Source: an uncultured delta proteobacterium
Lineage (GTDB): Bacteria; Desulfobacterota; Binatia; Binatales; Binataceae
Reading direction: 5' to 3'
Length of the DNA stretch: 64,000 nucleotides
Assembly: GCA_963842085.1 (NCBI GenBank)
Contig: CAWJET010000001.1
Span: 1,312,001 to 1,376,000, forward strand
In this document: positions 1 to 8,246 of the stretch, one piece after another
Position numbering within the stretch: position 1 is the first letter of the stretch
Layout: every line of letters begins with the position of its first letter
The notes under the pieces: generated by a model
Database searches by the model: none
Told to the model about the DNA's origin: nothing
What the model saw: the letters and a program-made list of their open reading frames with translations, nothing else
Made by a program: the position numbers and the translations under genes

Positions 1-1
1 C

Positions 2-1540
2 GGCCAGGCGCTCGGCTATGCGCGAGTGAACGTCGTCCATTACTATCCGGTCGTAAAGTCCTATTACCAGGGGCTGACGATTCATGGCGTGCTTAACGCG
101 CTGGTGCTCACGACGGCATTCGCCAACGGCTTTCTCGCGCTGACCACCGCGCGAGGACTCGGGCGCCAGCTCAATAGTGCGCTCCTTCATGCGGCGTTCT
201 GGACACTTCTTGTCGGCTCGCTGATGGCGCTGTATGCGATGCTCGCCGGCAAGGCCTCGGTCCTGTACACCTTCTACCCGCCGCTGGAAGCCGACTGGAC
301 GTTCTACCTCGGCCTCGCGTTGGTGGTGGTGAGCACGTGGCTCACCTCGGCGACTCAGCTGCTCGCACTACGCGGTTGGCGCAAGGATCATCCCGGCGAG
401 CGAGTCCCCCTCCTCGCCTTCATGTCGATCGCGACCTACGTGATGTGGGATATCGCATCGGCCGGCCTGGCCATCGAGGTCGTGGTATTCCTGCTGCCAT
501 GGTCGCTGGGTTTGTTTCCGGGCACCGATCCAATGCTGGATCGCACGCTGTTCTGGTTCACCGGCCATCCGATCGTGTACTTCTGGCTGCTGCCGATCTA
601 CGTTTCGTGGTACGGACTGATTCCCAAGCAGACCGGCGGCGTGCTGTTCAGCGACACCTTGACGCGTGTGGCCTTCTTACTTTTTATCATGCTGATCCCG
701 GTCGGCTTTCATCATCAGTTCGTCGACCCGGGAATATCGCAGGGACTGAAGTTCACCGTCGCGATCCTGACCTTCGCGATTTTCTTCCCGAGCCTGATGA
801 CCGCGTTTTCGGTGATGTATGCGCTCGAGATCGCAGGCCGCCGTCACGGCGGTACCGGGCTCATCGGATGGTTTTTCAGGCTTCCATGGAGCGATCCCTC
901 GGTCGCGGCGCAGGTGCTGGCGATGATCGCATTCCTGCTCGGCGGCATCTCCGGCCTGATGAACGCGAGCTACACCATGAACATGGAGATTCACAACACC
1001 ACGTTTATCCCGGGGCATTTTCATCTCACCATCGGCTGCGCGGTAGCCCTCTCCTACATGGGAATCGCCTACTGGCTGATACCGTATTTCGAGCGGCGCG
1101 AGCTATGGTCGCGGGGCCTCGCACTGTTCCAGGCGTTTTTGTACTTCTTCGGCGTGATGATCTTCTCGCGCGGCCTGATGGCGGGAGGCCTCGAGGGAAT
1201 GCCGCGGCGTACCGACATGGCGCATGCCACCTACGGCCTCGCAGCGTGGAAGATTCCGGGGATCATGGCGGGCGTCGGCGGTTCGCTTATGTTCACGAGC
1301 GCAATGCTATTTTTTTTCATCCTTGTGATGACGATAGTTGCCGGCAAAAGGACCGCGCCGGGCGACCTTCCGTTTACCGCGACGGTCCATGCGCCATCGA
1401 CCTTCGGATGGCAGCCGCGGCTTGATCACCTTAGCTACTTTGTTCTCGCTTCGGTCATCCTGGTAGCTGCGGTCTATGGTCCCTTCGTCCTCGGACACTT
1501 GCCACCCCGCCTCACAGCCGCGGGCCTGCTCTATCCCTAG
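2..1540 (+). CDS. cbaA: Cytochrome c oxidase subunit I, ba3/B-family heme-copper oxidase (5'-truncated by the window edge)
   Basis: Multi-TM protein with FWFTGHPIVYFW (CuB His plus cross-linking Tyr), GFHHQF, GHFHLT and GMPRR motifs. The frame is open back to position 2. Confidence 0.9.
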   Translation, partial: GQALGYARVNVVHYYPVVKSYYQGLTIHGVLNALVLTTAFANGFLALTTARGLGRQLNSALLHAAFWTLLVGSLMALYAMLAGKASVLYTFYPPLEADWTFYLGLALVVVSTWLTSATQLLALRGWRKDHPGERVPLLAFMSIATYVMWDIASAGLAIEVVVFLLPWSLGLFPGTDPMLDRTLFWFTGHPIVYFWLLPIYVSWYGLIPKQTGGVLFSDTLTRVAFLLFIMLIPVGFHHQFVDPGISQGLKFTVAILTFAIFFPSLMTAFSVMYALEIAGRRHGGTGLIGWFFRLPWSDPSVAAQVLAMIAFLLGGISGLMNASYTMNMEIHNTTFIPGHFHLTIGCAVALSYMGIAYWLIPYFERRELWSRGLALFQAFLYFFGVMIFSRGLMAGGLEGMPRRTDMAHATYGLAAWKIPGIMAGVGGSLMFTSAMLFFFILVMTIVAGKRTAPGDLPFTATVHAPSTFGWQPRLDHLSYFVLASVILVAAVYGPFVLGHLPPRLTAAGLLYP

Positions 1541-1758
1541 ATAGCGCTGCCCTCCGACAGCGATGAAAAATCCAGAGTCTTGAGACACACCTCCGCAGCG
1601 TCGGCGGCCCACTCGCGCTGTTAACCAACTGTCTCCTTCGGCATCGCCGAAATTAGGAGATGTATCGAAAAGCGCCAACTATGGCGACGAATTTTATTCC
1701 ATGAGTGGCTCCTTCTGGAATTCTGCGCTTCTCCAATCTTTTGCGACCTGATCTGAGC

Positions 1759-1774
1759 TGGCACGGGTGATGCG
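1759..1774 (+). promoter_or_regulatory. Putative sigma-54 (-24/-12) promoter
   Basis: TGGCACGGGTGATGCG: GG and GC are 10 bp apart, about 55 bp upstream of the ATG at 1828. Confidence 0.55.
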
Positions 1775-1827
1775 TGATTACGGCTGGCGTAATTGGGCTG
1801 CAACAAGGCCGCAACGAGGAGGAGACA

Positions 1828-2769
1828 ATGCGCAGATCAACTAAGCTGACAGTACTGGCGATGGGACTTGCGATCTCATTGGCCGCCGCGCGACCGATAA
1901 TAGCGGCCGGCGACGATCCTGCGGGCGGGGCGAAGGTCAGACGGGTGTCGCAGCAGGAGCTACAACTGAGGATCGACCAGCTCGGCGAACAGAATCGAAC
2001 GCTGGAAATCCAGAATCACGCAATCCAGGAACAGCTAAATGTCCAGAAGCAGCAAATCGACAGCTTGATGCATCAGATGCAAGCGACAGCACAACCCGTC
2101 GCAACTCTTCAGCAGCAAGTGCCACAGATCCAGCAAGAGTTGAGCGATGTTGCCACGAAACAGAAATCGGTGCCGCTCGAGGTCGGCTTCCGCACGGGTT
2201 GGTCCGAATCGCCATATGGAATGCCGGGAGGTTTCTACTACGCTGCGTTCCTCAACCATCGCTTGTTGTCGCATGAGGACGGAATCCCCGGCGGATTCCT
2301 GGCGGGCGAGATGCTGGTGGGATGGACGCAGGGTAACCATGCGAACACGACTGCAAATCTCCTCAGCAGGGTCGCGCCGTCGACCGGCGCGGTGAGCACT
2401 TGGATGTACACGCTCTCGCTGCAACCGACCGTCCAATACCATCTCGAGCCGGCGCTTTTGGGAATGGAGTCGTTGGCCGCGTTCAAGCCATACGCGCTGG
2501 CCGGACCAGCGATGTACATCAATATCCTGAGCACTCCGGTTTTGGGGGCAAAGGGCAATCCGGGAGCGGGTTATCGCCACTATGACGCCGACCCTCAGGG
2601 CGGTGGCGTGTGGGGGTTGGGCTTCGAGCTGGGCTTGTCCGCGCTCAAGGTCGCGCCGATCCAGGGGCTGCTCGACAAATCATTCGTTGGAGGGGAGTGG
2701 CGCTTTAACGAATACGGAAACGGCCAGGGTTACAACCAGTACACTGGTTCGGTTTCCTTCGGATGGTAA
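1828..2769 (+). CDS. Secreted protein with an N-terminal Gln-rich coiled coil and a probable C-terminal outer-membrane beta-barrel
   Basis: GAGGAGG RBS before ATG 1828, signal peptide, heptad Q/L-rich segment, amphipathic beta-strands and a terminal aromatic residue (YTGSVSFGW). Confidence 0.7.
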   Translation: MRRSTKLTVLAMGLAISLAAARPIIAAGDDPAGGAKVRRVSQQELQLRIDQLGEQNRTLEIQNHAIQEQLNVQKQQIDSLMHQMQATAQPVATLQQQVPQIQQELSDVATKQKSVPLEVGFRTGWSESPYGMPGGFYYAAFLNHRLLSHEDGIPGGFLAGEMLVGWTQGNHANTTANLLSRVAPSTGAVSTWMYTLSLQPTVQYHLEPALLGMESLAAFKPYALAGPAMYINILSTPVLGAKGNPGAGYRHYDADPQGGGVWGLGFELGLSALKVAPIQGLLDKSFVGGEWRFNEYGNGQGYNQYTGSVSFGW

Positions 2770-2871
2770 CTCGAATTGCGCCCGGCGGGACCGCCGTGTG
2801 GCCGTCGGGCGCAATGACTTCGTCGGCGGCACGATCGCGCCTTTGGGGCCTTTTCGCAAGTAGTGCCGTGC

Positions 2872-4404
2872 TTATGCCGCGCGGTGCGCCGCGTCATCTC
2901 CAATTGCAGAAAGCTCGGCCATTCTGGACTCCCGTCGCGCTTCGAGGTGATACAGCCTCGGATTCGCGTGTAGCGTCTGCCACCAGTAGCGGATCGTGCT
3001 GCCCGACCAGTTGTTGGTAATGCGCCCGGCTTCGTTCTTGTACCAACTCTTGCCGGTGAAAGCCCAAACTCTCTGCTGCAGCTCTTTTTGCTGGCTGGCG
3101 TCGAACTCATCCATCGCCTCGCGCCGCAGATCGATGGCGGAAGAGCCGCTCTCGTCCAGCCGTTTCAGACAGTCGAGGATGTAATTCGTCTGGCATTCGA
3201 TCATGAAGATGATTGAGTTGTGCCCGAGATTTGTGTTCGGCCCGTACATCAGGAACAGATTCGGGAATCCCGCGACGCTGATGCCGAGGTAGGCCCGCGC
3301 GCCGCCCGCCCATTCATCTTGCAGGAGGCGTCCGCCGCGCCCATGAATCGCCATCGGCGCCAGAAATGCCGTCGATTCAAACCCGGTCGCATAAATCAAA
3401 ACGTCTACCGGGATGGTACGTCCATCTTTGGTGGCAACGGCGTTTTCATCGAGATGGTCGATGCCGCTGGTTACGACCTCGACGTTTTCGCGATTGAGCG
3501 CCGGGTAATAGTCGTCGGAAATGAGGATGCGTTTGCCGCCGATTGGATAGTCGGGAATCAACGCCGCTTGGAGTTTCGGGTCTTTGACCGTCGTCCGCAT
3601 ATAACTCTCGGCAAGCTTTTCCATCCGCCGCGAGAGAAACGAACTTCTGCGGAACAGAGGCCAGTTAATCTCGTGCTGGAAATAGATCAGCCAGCGGTAG
3701 AGCCGCGTCAGCACGGGATTTCGCGCAAACCGGCGCTTCTGCTCGTCGGTGTACGCGAAGTCGGTCCTCGGCACCATCCAGTTCGCACTGCGCTGGAAGA
3801 CATAAACTCTGGCGGCCTTGGACGCGATCTGCGGGATGAACTGGATCGCACTGGCGGCATTGCCGACTACGCCGACAGTCTTGCCGGTCAGATCGATCTC
3901 GTGGCGCCATCGCGCCGAATGGAACGACACCTCTTGGAAATTCTCGGCGCCGCGAAACTTCGGGATGCTGGGCCGGTTCAACTGGCCGACGCCGGTCACC
4001 AACACCTCGGCCAGCACTTCTTCGCCCTTGGTGGTACGGATTCGCCACACGCACGCATCTTCGTCCCAACTGGCGCCGGCTATCTCAGTGCCGAAGCGGA
4101 TGTGCCTAACGAGGTCGTACTTTTTGGCGCACTGCTCCATGTACTCCAGGATCTCCGATTGCGGCGCCCACTTCCGCGACCAGTCCGTCTTCTGCTCGAA
4201 CGACAAGCAGTAGGAAAACGACGGTACGTCGCAGGCTGCCCCCGGGTAGCTGTTGTCGCGCCACGTGCCGCCAAGCCGATCGGATTTTTCGAAGATGGTG
4301 AAGGAGTCGACTCCCAGTCTTTTGAGTTGGATGCCAAGGCAAAGCCCCGAGAAGCCCGCTCCGATGATCGCAATCCGGCGTGTTCCGCGAGAATTCAGAG
4401 GCAT
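2872..4404 (-). CDS. Flavin-containing monooxygenase (Baeyer-Villiger type)
   Basis: GAGFSG, GGTWRDNSYPG, FHSARW fingerprint, GNAASA and ATGF motifs. GGAGG RBS before ATG 4404. Confidence 0.9.
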   Translation of the reverse strand: MPLNSRGTRRIAIIGAGFSGLCLGIQLKRLGVDSFTIFEKSDRLGGTWRDNSYPGAACDVPSFSYCLSFEQKTDWSRKWAPQSEILEYMEQCAKKYDLVRHIRFGTEIAGASWDEDACVWRIRTTKGEEVLAEVLVTGVGQLNRPSIPKFRGAENFQEVSFHSARWRHEIDLTGKTVGVVGNAASAIQFIPQIASKAARVYVFQRSANWMVPRTDFAYTDEQKRRFARNPVLTRLYRWLIYFQHEINWPLFRRSSFLSRRMEKLAESYMRTTVKDPKLQAALIPDYPIGGKRILISDDYYPALNRENVEVVTSGIDHLDENAVATKDGRTIPVDVLIYATGFESTAFLAPMAIHGRGGRLLQDEWAGGARAYLGISVAGFPNLFLMYGPNTNLGHNSIIFMIECQTNYILDCLKRLDESGSSAIDLRREAMDEFDASQQKELQQRVWAFTGKSWYKNEAGRITNNWSGSTIRYWWQTLHANPRLYHLEARRESRMAELSAIGDDAAHRAA

Positions 4405-4602
4405 TGTGCAACCCTCCTGGCGTGGCTCTCGATCGCTTCTAGAATCGATGCGACGGGATTTGATCATCGATCCATTCTTCGGCGTCTGCTGCCCGCGCGA
4501 AATCGACGTTTTGCTTGCGCTCGCGCCAGAAGACTTCCCATCGCCCGGTCTCAGAATTTCGTTTGATCGAATATCCCTGGTACTCGCGAACGCTATCTCC
4601 AT

Positions 4603-4642
4603 TTGTGTCACTGGGCATCGTCTTGTGTCACTGGTCATAGTC
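4603..4642. repeat. Imperfect 20-bp tandem repeat (2 copies) in a divergent promoter region
   Basis: ttgtgtcactgggcatcgtc / ttgtgtcactggtcatagtc (18 of 20 identical). Confidence 0.8.
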
Positions 4643-4928
4643 TACGTCTACTCCTGTTGTCTTGAGAAGGTGCACCGCCGCAGTATGGCGCAGTCTAAAT
4701 CGGCATGATCCTTGAACCTTGAAGCTCGAGGTTCCGCGGAAATGCGGACTTGCGGGGGGAAAGTGTTTCTATTCGCAACACGTGTATCCATAGGCACCAA
4801 TTTTGGCATGCGAATCTGCCCTCCGCACGAAGAGAAACGACCGGACCGGCTTCACTTTCACCAATCTCGACAGGGCACATTCCCTGCATGATAGCGCGGC
4901 AGACCGGGCATGCGAGTCGAGTCATAGA

Positions 4929-5504
4929 TTGAAATCGGATCTCACGCCCGGCACCAGGGATTTCGACCGGCTTATCACAGTGATGAGTTTCTATCGTGAA
5001 GCCGAGTTGCACGGTGCCCGACTGCTTTTGGTGATGCACAATCATCTGCGCGACTCGGACTCGCAGATAAAGCTCACGCGCCATCTTGCCGACGAGACCC
5101 GCCACGCATTTCTGTGGACGAAAAGAATCTCCGAAATGGGCGGGGCACCGATCGCGATCACCAACGGCTACCAGCATCGGCTTGGTCTGCGAGTCGGGGT
5201 GCCCAAGGACACGATCGATCTTCTGGCGCTCACCTCAGTGGCCGAGACCCGGGCGCTCGAGCGTTATCGAAGTCACGCGCAGCAAGAGGGCGTCGATGAC
5301 AAGACCCTGGAAGTTTTGAGGGCTGTTAGCGCGGATGAGAAATGGCATCTGGCGTGGGTGGACGCGAAGATGCACGAGATCGCGGAGCGTCGCGGCGACG
5401 CAGGACGGGCGACTCGCGCAGTGGAGAGAGTGCGCGCTATCGAGCGCGAGGTTTATGCGACTTTCATTGCCGAAGAGGCCGAGCTGATGCGCGCGGCGGA
5501 TTAA
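4929..5504 (+). CDS. Ferritin-like (diiron carboxylate) protein; start uncertain (4803, 4929 or 4983)
   Basis: E...DETRH...E...DEKWH four-helix-bundle ligand pattern. Confidence 0.75.
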   Translation: MKSDLTPGTRDFDRLITVMSFYREAELHGARLLLVMHNHLRDSDSQIKLTRHLADETRHAFLWTKRISEMGGAPIAITNGYQHRLGLRVGVPKDTIDLLALTSVAETRALERYRSHAQQEGVDDKTLEVLRAVSADEKWHLAWVDAKMHEIAERRGDAGRATRAVERVRAIEREVYATFIAEEAELMRAAD

Positions 5505-5870
5505 TGACTCACGCAGGAGTGACAGAAGGATGTTGCTCGCGTGACCAGCGGGCGCGCCGCAAACGCGCCGCCGAATGCGGCAGCCGGTACAGCAAAATGA
5601 AAAAGCAGGTTGTGCGTCCGAGGTTCCCGGCGTATCGAGCCTAATGTGCCTCGGTTGTTCGGCGCAGCCTGCTTCCTGGATCTCCGTTTAACACGCCAGC
5701 CTCCAAAAAGATACCTGTGGCTCGCATCCGCGGCCATTCGTTTAGCGCCAACTGTGTGAGCACGGGCAGAGATTGCCGGACGCATCTGAATTAACAAATC
5801 TGTAACGTTGCCAGGATTTCCCCCAGGGTCGCGCAGGTGCTCTGCTGGTTATGAGCAGATGCAATCGAAG

Positions 5871-5886
5871 CGGCACGTCGATTGCA
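5871..5886 (+). promoter_or_regulatory. Putative sigma-54 promoter within an inverted repeat
   Basis: CGGCACGTCGATTGCA closely matches TGGCACG-N4-TTGCA and is overlapped by TGCAATCGA...TCGATTGCA. Confidence 0.6.
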
Positions 5887-5902
5887 CGTTCTCTTGGCCG
5901 TC

Positions 5903-7783
5903 GTGAAAAATGAAGTATCATTGTCCGCAGCGGGGGCCGATTCGTTCGAAGCGCTGATCTCGCGCCTTCGTGAAATCCATCGCTCGCTGATCAAGCACGA
6001 GGGTGATCTTCGCGAGCGCGCATCGGCCGTCCATCCCGCGTACCGAAAGAGCGCGATCAATTTGATCCATTATCTGGCGCTTAGACGCGAGGATGTTCGG
6101 ACACTCCAGGACGAACTGGCGGCTCTTGGCCTCTCCTCGCTCGGCAGGACCGAAGCGCACGTGATGAGCACGCTCAACGCCGTGCTAGTCGCTCTCCATC
6201 ACATGGCAGGTCGGAAGATTGAAGTTCAGGCGCCGTCGGAATCTCCAGGCTTTCGCGAGGGCAGATCGTTGCTCGCGGCACACACCGAGGCGCTCCTCGG
6301 TCCCGCACCGAAGCATCGCGGCGTCCGCATCATGGTGACGATGTCGACCGAGGCAGCAGACGATTATTCGTTGGTCCGCGAACTGGTTTCCCACGGAATG
6401 AACTGCATGAGGATAAACTGCGCGCATGATACTCCGGAGGTCTGGGGCCGGATGATCGATCATCTGGAACGCGCGCGGCAGGAATTGGGTTTGCCCTGCC
6501 GTCTGCTGATGGACATCGCTGGGCCGAAGCTCCGAACCGGAGCGATAGAACCGGGGCCTCGGGTGGTCGTATGGCATCCCCGGCGCGACAGTTTTGGACG
6601 CGTGACTGCGCCCGCGCGAATTTGGCTTGAGCCAGCGGAAAGAAGACACTCTGTTCCGGCGGGCGCTGACGCAGCATTGCCCGTCTCAGCGCAATGGCTT
6701 GCGGAGGTGAGACCCGGAGAACGCGTTCACTTCAAAGATGCGCGCGGGAAGCGGCGGCTTCTCGAAGTGGCCGGCGGCGACGAGACCGGGCGTTGGGCGC
6801 ACTCCAGCCAGACCGCGTACTTGACTCCGGGAATAGTTTTGCTGCGCGACGACGCAGGCAGCGGCGCAAGGCGCGAAACGCAGGTAGCAGATTTGCCGCC
6901 GCGCGAGCAAGGAATCCTGCTTCACAAAGGCGACTTCCTGCTGCTCACCGCCGAACCCGTCGTCGGCAAAGGCCCTTCCATCGATTCGAACGGACGCACG
7001 CTAAGTCCCGCGATTATTTCGTGCACGCTGCCCGAGGTTTTCCCGGCGGTTCGCGTGGATCAGAAGATTTGGTTCGACGACGGCAAGATTGGCGGAATCG
7101 TGCGGGAAGCCGCGGCTGACGCGCTTCGCATCGAGATTACCCAGGCCAAGCCCAACGGCGACCGCCTCGGCGCCGACAAGGGAATTAATCTGCCCGATAC
7201 GAGCATTGGCCTGCCCGCGCTTACGCCGAAAGATCTCGAAGACCTCGAGTTTATCGTTCGACACGCGGATTTGGTCGGGATGTCATTCGTGCGGCACGAG
7301 CGCGACATCCTTCAACTTCAATCGCGACTGCGCGAGTTTGATGGCGGTGGTGTCGGAATTGTGCTGAAAATCGAGACGCGCCAGGCCTTCGAGCATTTGC
7401 CCAGCCTGATGCTCGCCGCGATGCGGCAGCATCCGGTGGGAATAATGATCGCGCGGGGAGATCTGGCGGTAGAGTGCGGCTACGAACGGCTGGCGGAAGT
7501 TCAGGAGGAAATTCTATGGATCTGCGAGGCGGCGCATCTGCCCGTCATCTGGGCCACCCAGGTCCTCGAGTCACTCGCCAAAAAAGGCCAAGCTTCTCGC
7601 GCCGAGATCACTGACGCGGCGATGGGGGAACGTGCGGAGTGCGTGATGCTGAATAAGGGACCTCACATCGTCGCCGCGGTCAGCGCACTCGACGACATCC
7701 TGCGCCGGATGCAGGACCACCAGTCCAAGAAGTCGTCGCGCCTGCGCCCGCTACATTTGAGTGCGACGCGCGAATCGGAGTAA
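5903..7783 (+). CDS. pyk: Pyruvate kinase, long form with N-terminal helical extension and enlarged B-domain region
   Basis: RINCAH, DIAGPKLRTG, FDDGKI, KGINLP, LKIET, IARGDLAVE, ATQVLESL, RAEITD and CVMLN motifs. GTG 5903 is preferred because TTG 5882 overlaps the -12 box. Confidence 0.9.
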   Translation: MKNEVSLSAAGADSFEALISRLREIHRSLIKHEGDLRERASAVHPAYRKSAINLIHYLALRREDVRTLQDELAALGLSSLGRTEAHVMSTLNAVLVALHHMAGRKIEVQAPSESPGFREGRSLLAAHTEALLGPAPKHRGVRIMVTMSTEAADDYSLVRELVSHGMNCMRINCAHDTPEVWGRMIDHLERARQELGLPCRLLMDIAGPKLRTGAIEPGPRVVVWHPRRDSFGRVTAPARIWLEPAERRHSVPAGADAALPVSAQWLAEVRPGERVHFKDARGKRRLLEVAGGDETGRWAHSSQTAYLTPGIVLLRDDAGSGARRETQVADLPPREQGILLHKGDFLLLTAEPVVGKGPSIDSNGRTLSPAIISCTLPEVFPAVRVDQKIWFDDGKIGGIVREAAADALRIEITQAKPNGDRLGADKGINLPDTSIGLPALTPKDLEDLEFIVRHADLVGMSFVRHERDILQLQSRLREFDGGGVGIVLKIETRQAFEHLPSLMLAAMRQHPVGIMIARGDLAVECGYERLAEVQEEILWICEAAHLPVIWATQVLESLAKKGQASRAEITDAAMGERAECVMLNKGPHIVAAVSALDDILRRMQDHQSKKSSRLRPLHLSATRESE

Positions 7784-7814
7784 TTGTAGATTTCGCCCGG
7801 CTCATCAGGTTGCA

Positions 7815-8219
7815 ATGAACGCGCTCTTCAAATCAATTCTATGCCCGATAGATTTGGATGAGTTGTACCTCGATGCTCTCGAACTCAGCAAAAACCTGGC
7901 GCAGCAAAACAATGCGCAACTCTATGTGCTCAACGTCATGTCCGAGTTCGATTCGGAACATGGCTGGTCGGCCGGTAGTAGAATCAGCCTGAAAGAGCAG
8001 GCGCGCACGGCGCTGCTAGGCAAGGTTCGCTATGAGTTCGTGATCCGCACCGGCGAAGTCGTCCACGAAATACTGGCGGCTACTCGAGTATTAGAGGCCG
8101 ACCTGGTCGTCATTCCAACCCATGGGCGACGCGGTCTGAGAAGCCTGGTGCTGGGAAGCGTGGCTGAGCGGATTGTTCGCGAATCGCCCGTACCCGTGCT
8201 GACGCTCAGAGCGCCGTAA
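7815..8219 (+). CDS. Universal stress protein (UspA family)
   Basis: KSILCPID, ADLVVIPTHGRRG and LGSVAERIVRESPVPVL motifs. Confidence 0.9.
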   Translation: MNALFKSILCPIDLDELYLDALELSKNLAQQNNAQLYVLNVMSEFDSEHGWSAGSRISLKEQARTALLGKVRYEFVIRTGEVVHEILAATRVLEADLVVIPTHGRRGLRSLVLGSVAERIVRESPVPVLTLRAP

Positions 8220-8246
8220 AAGGGTGCAAGTGATCCGGCGGCGCAA

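Noticed and set aside
2-1540. Oxidase as a nitric oxide reductase
   Set aside because: HPIVY retains the cross-linking Tyr of O2 reductases.
4804-4819. TGGCATG...TGC as a sigma-54 promoter
   Set aside because: The GG-to-GC spacing is 11 bp rather than the required 10.
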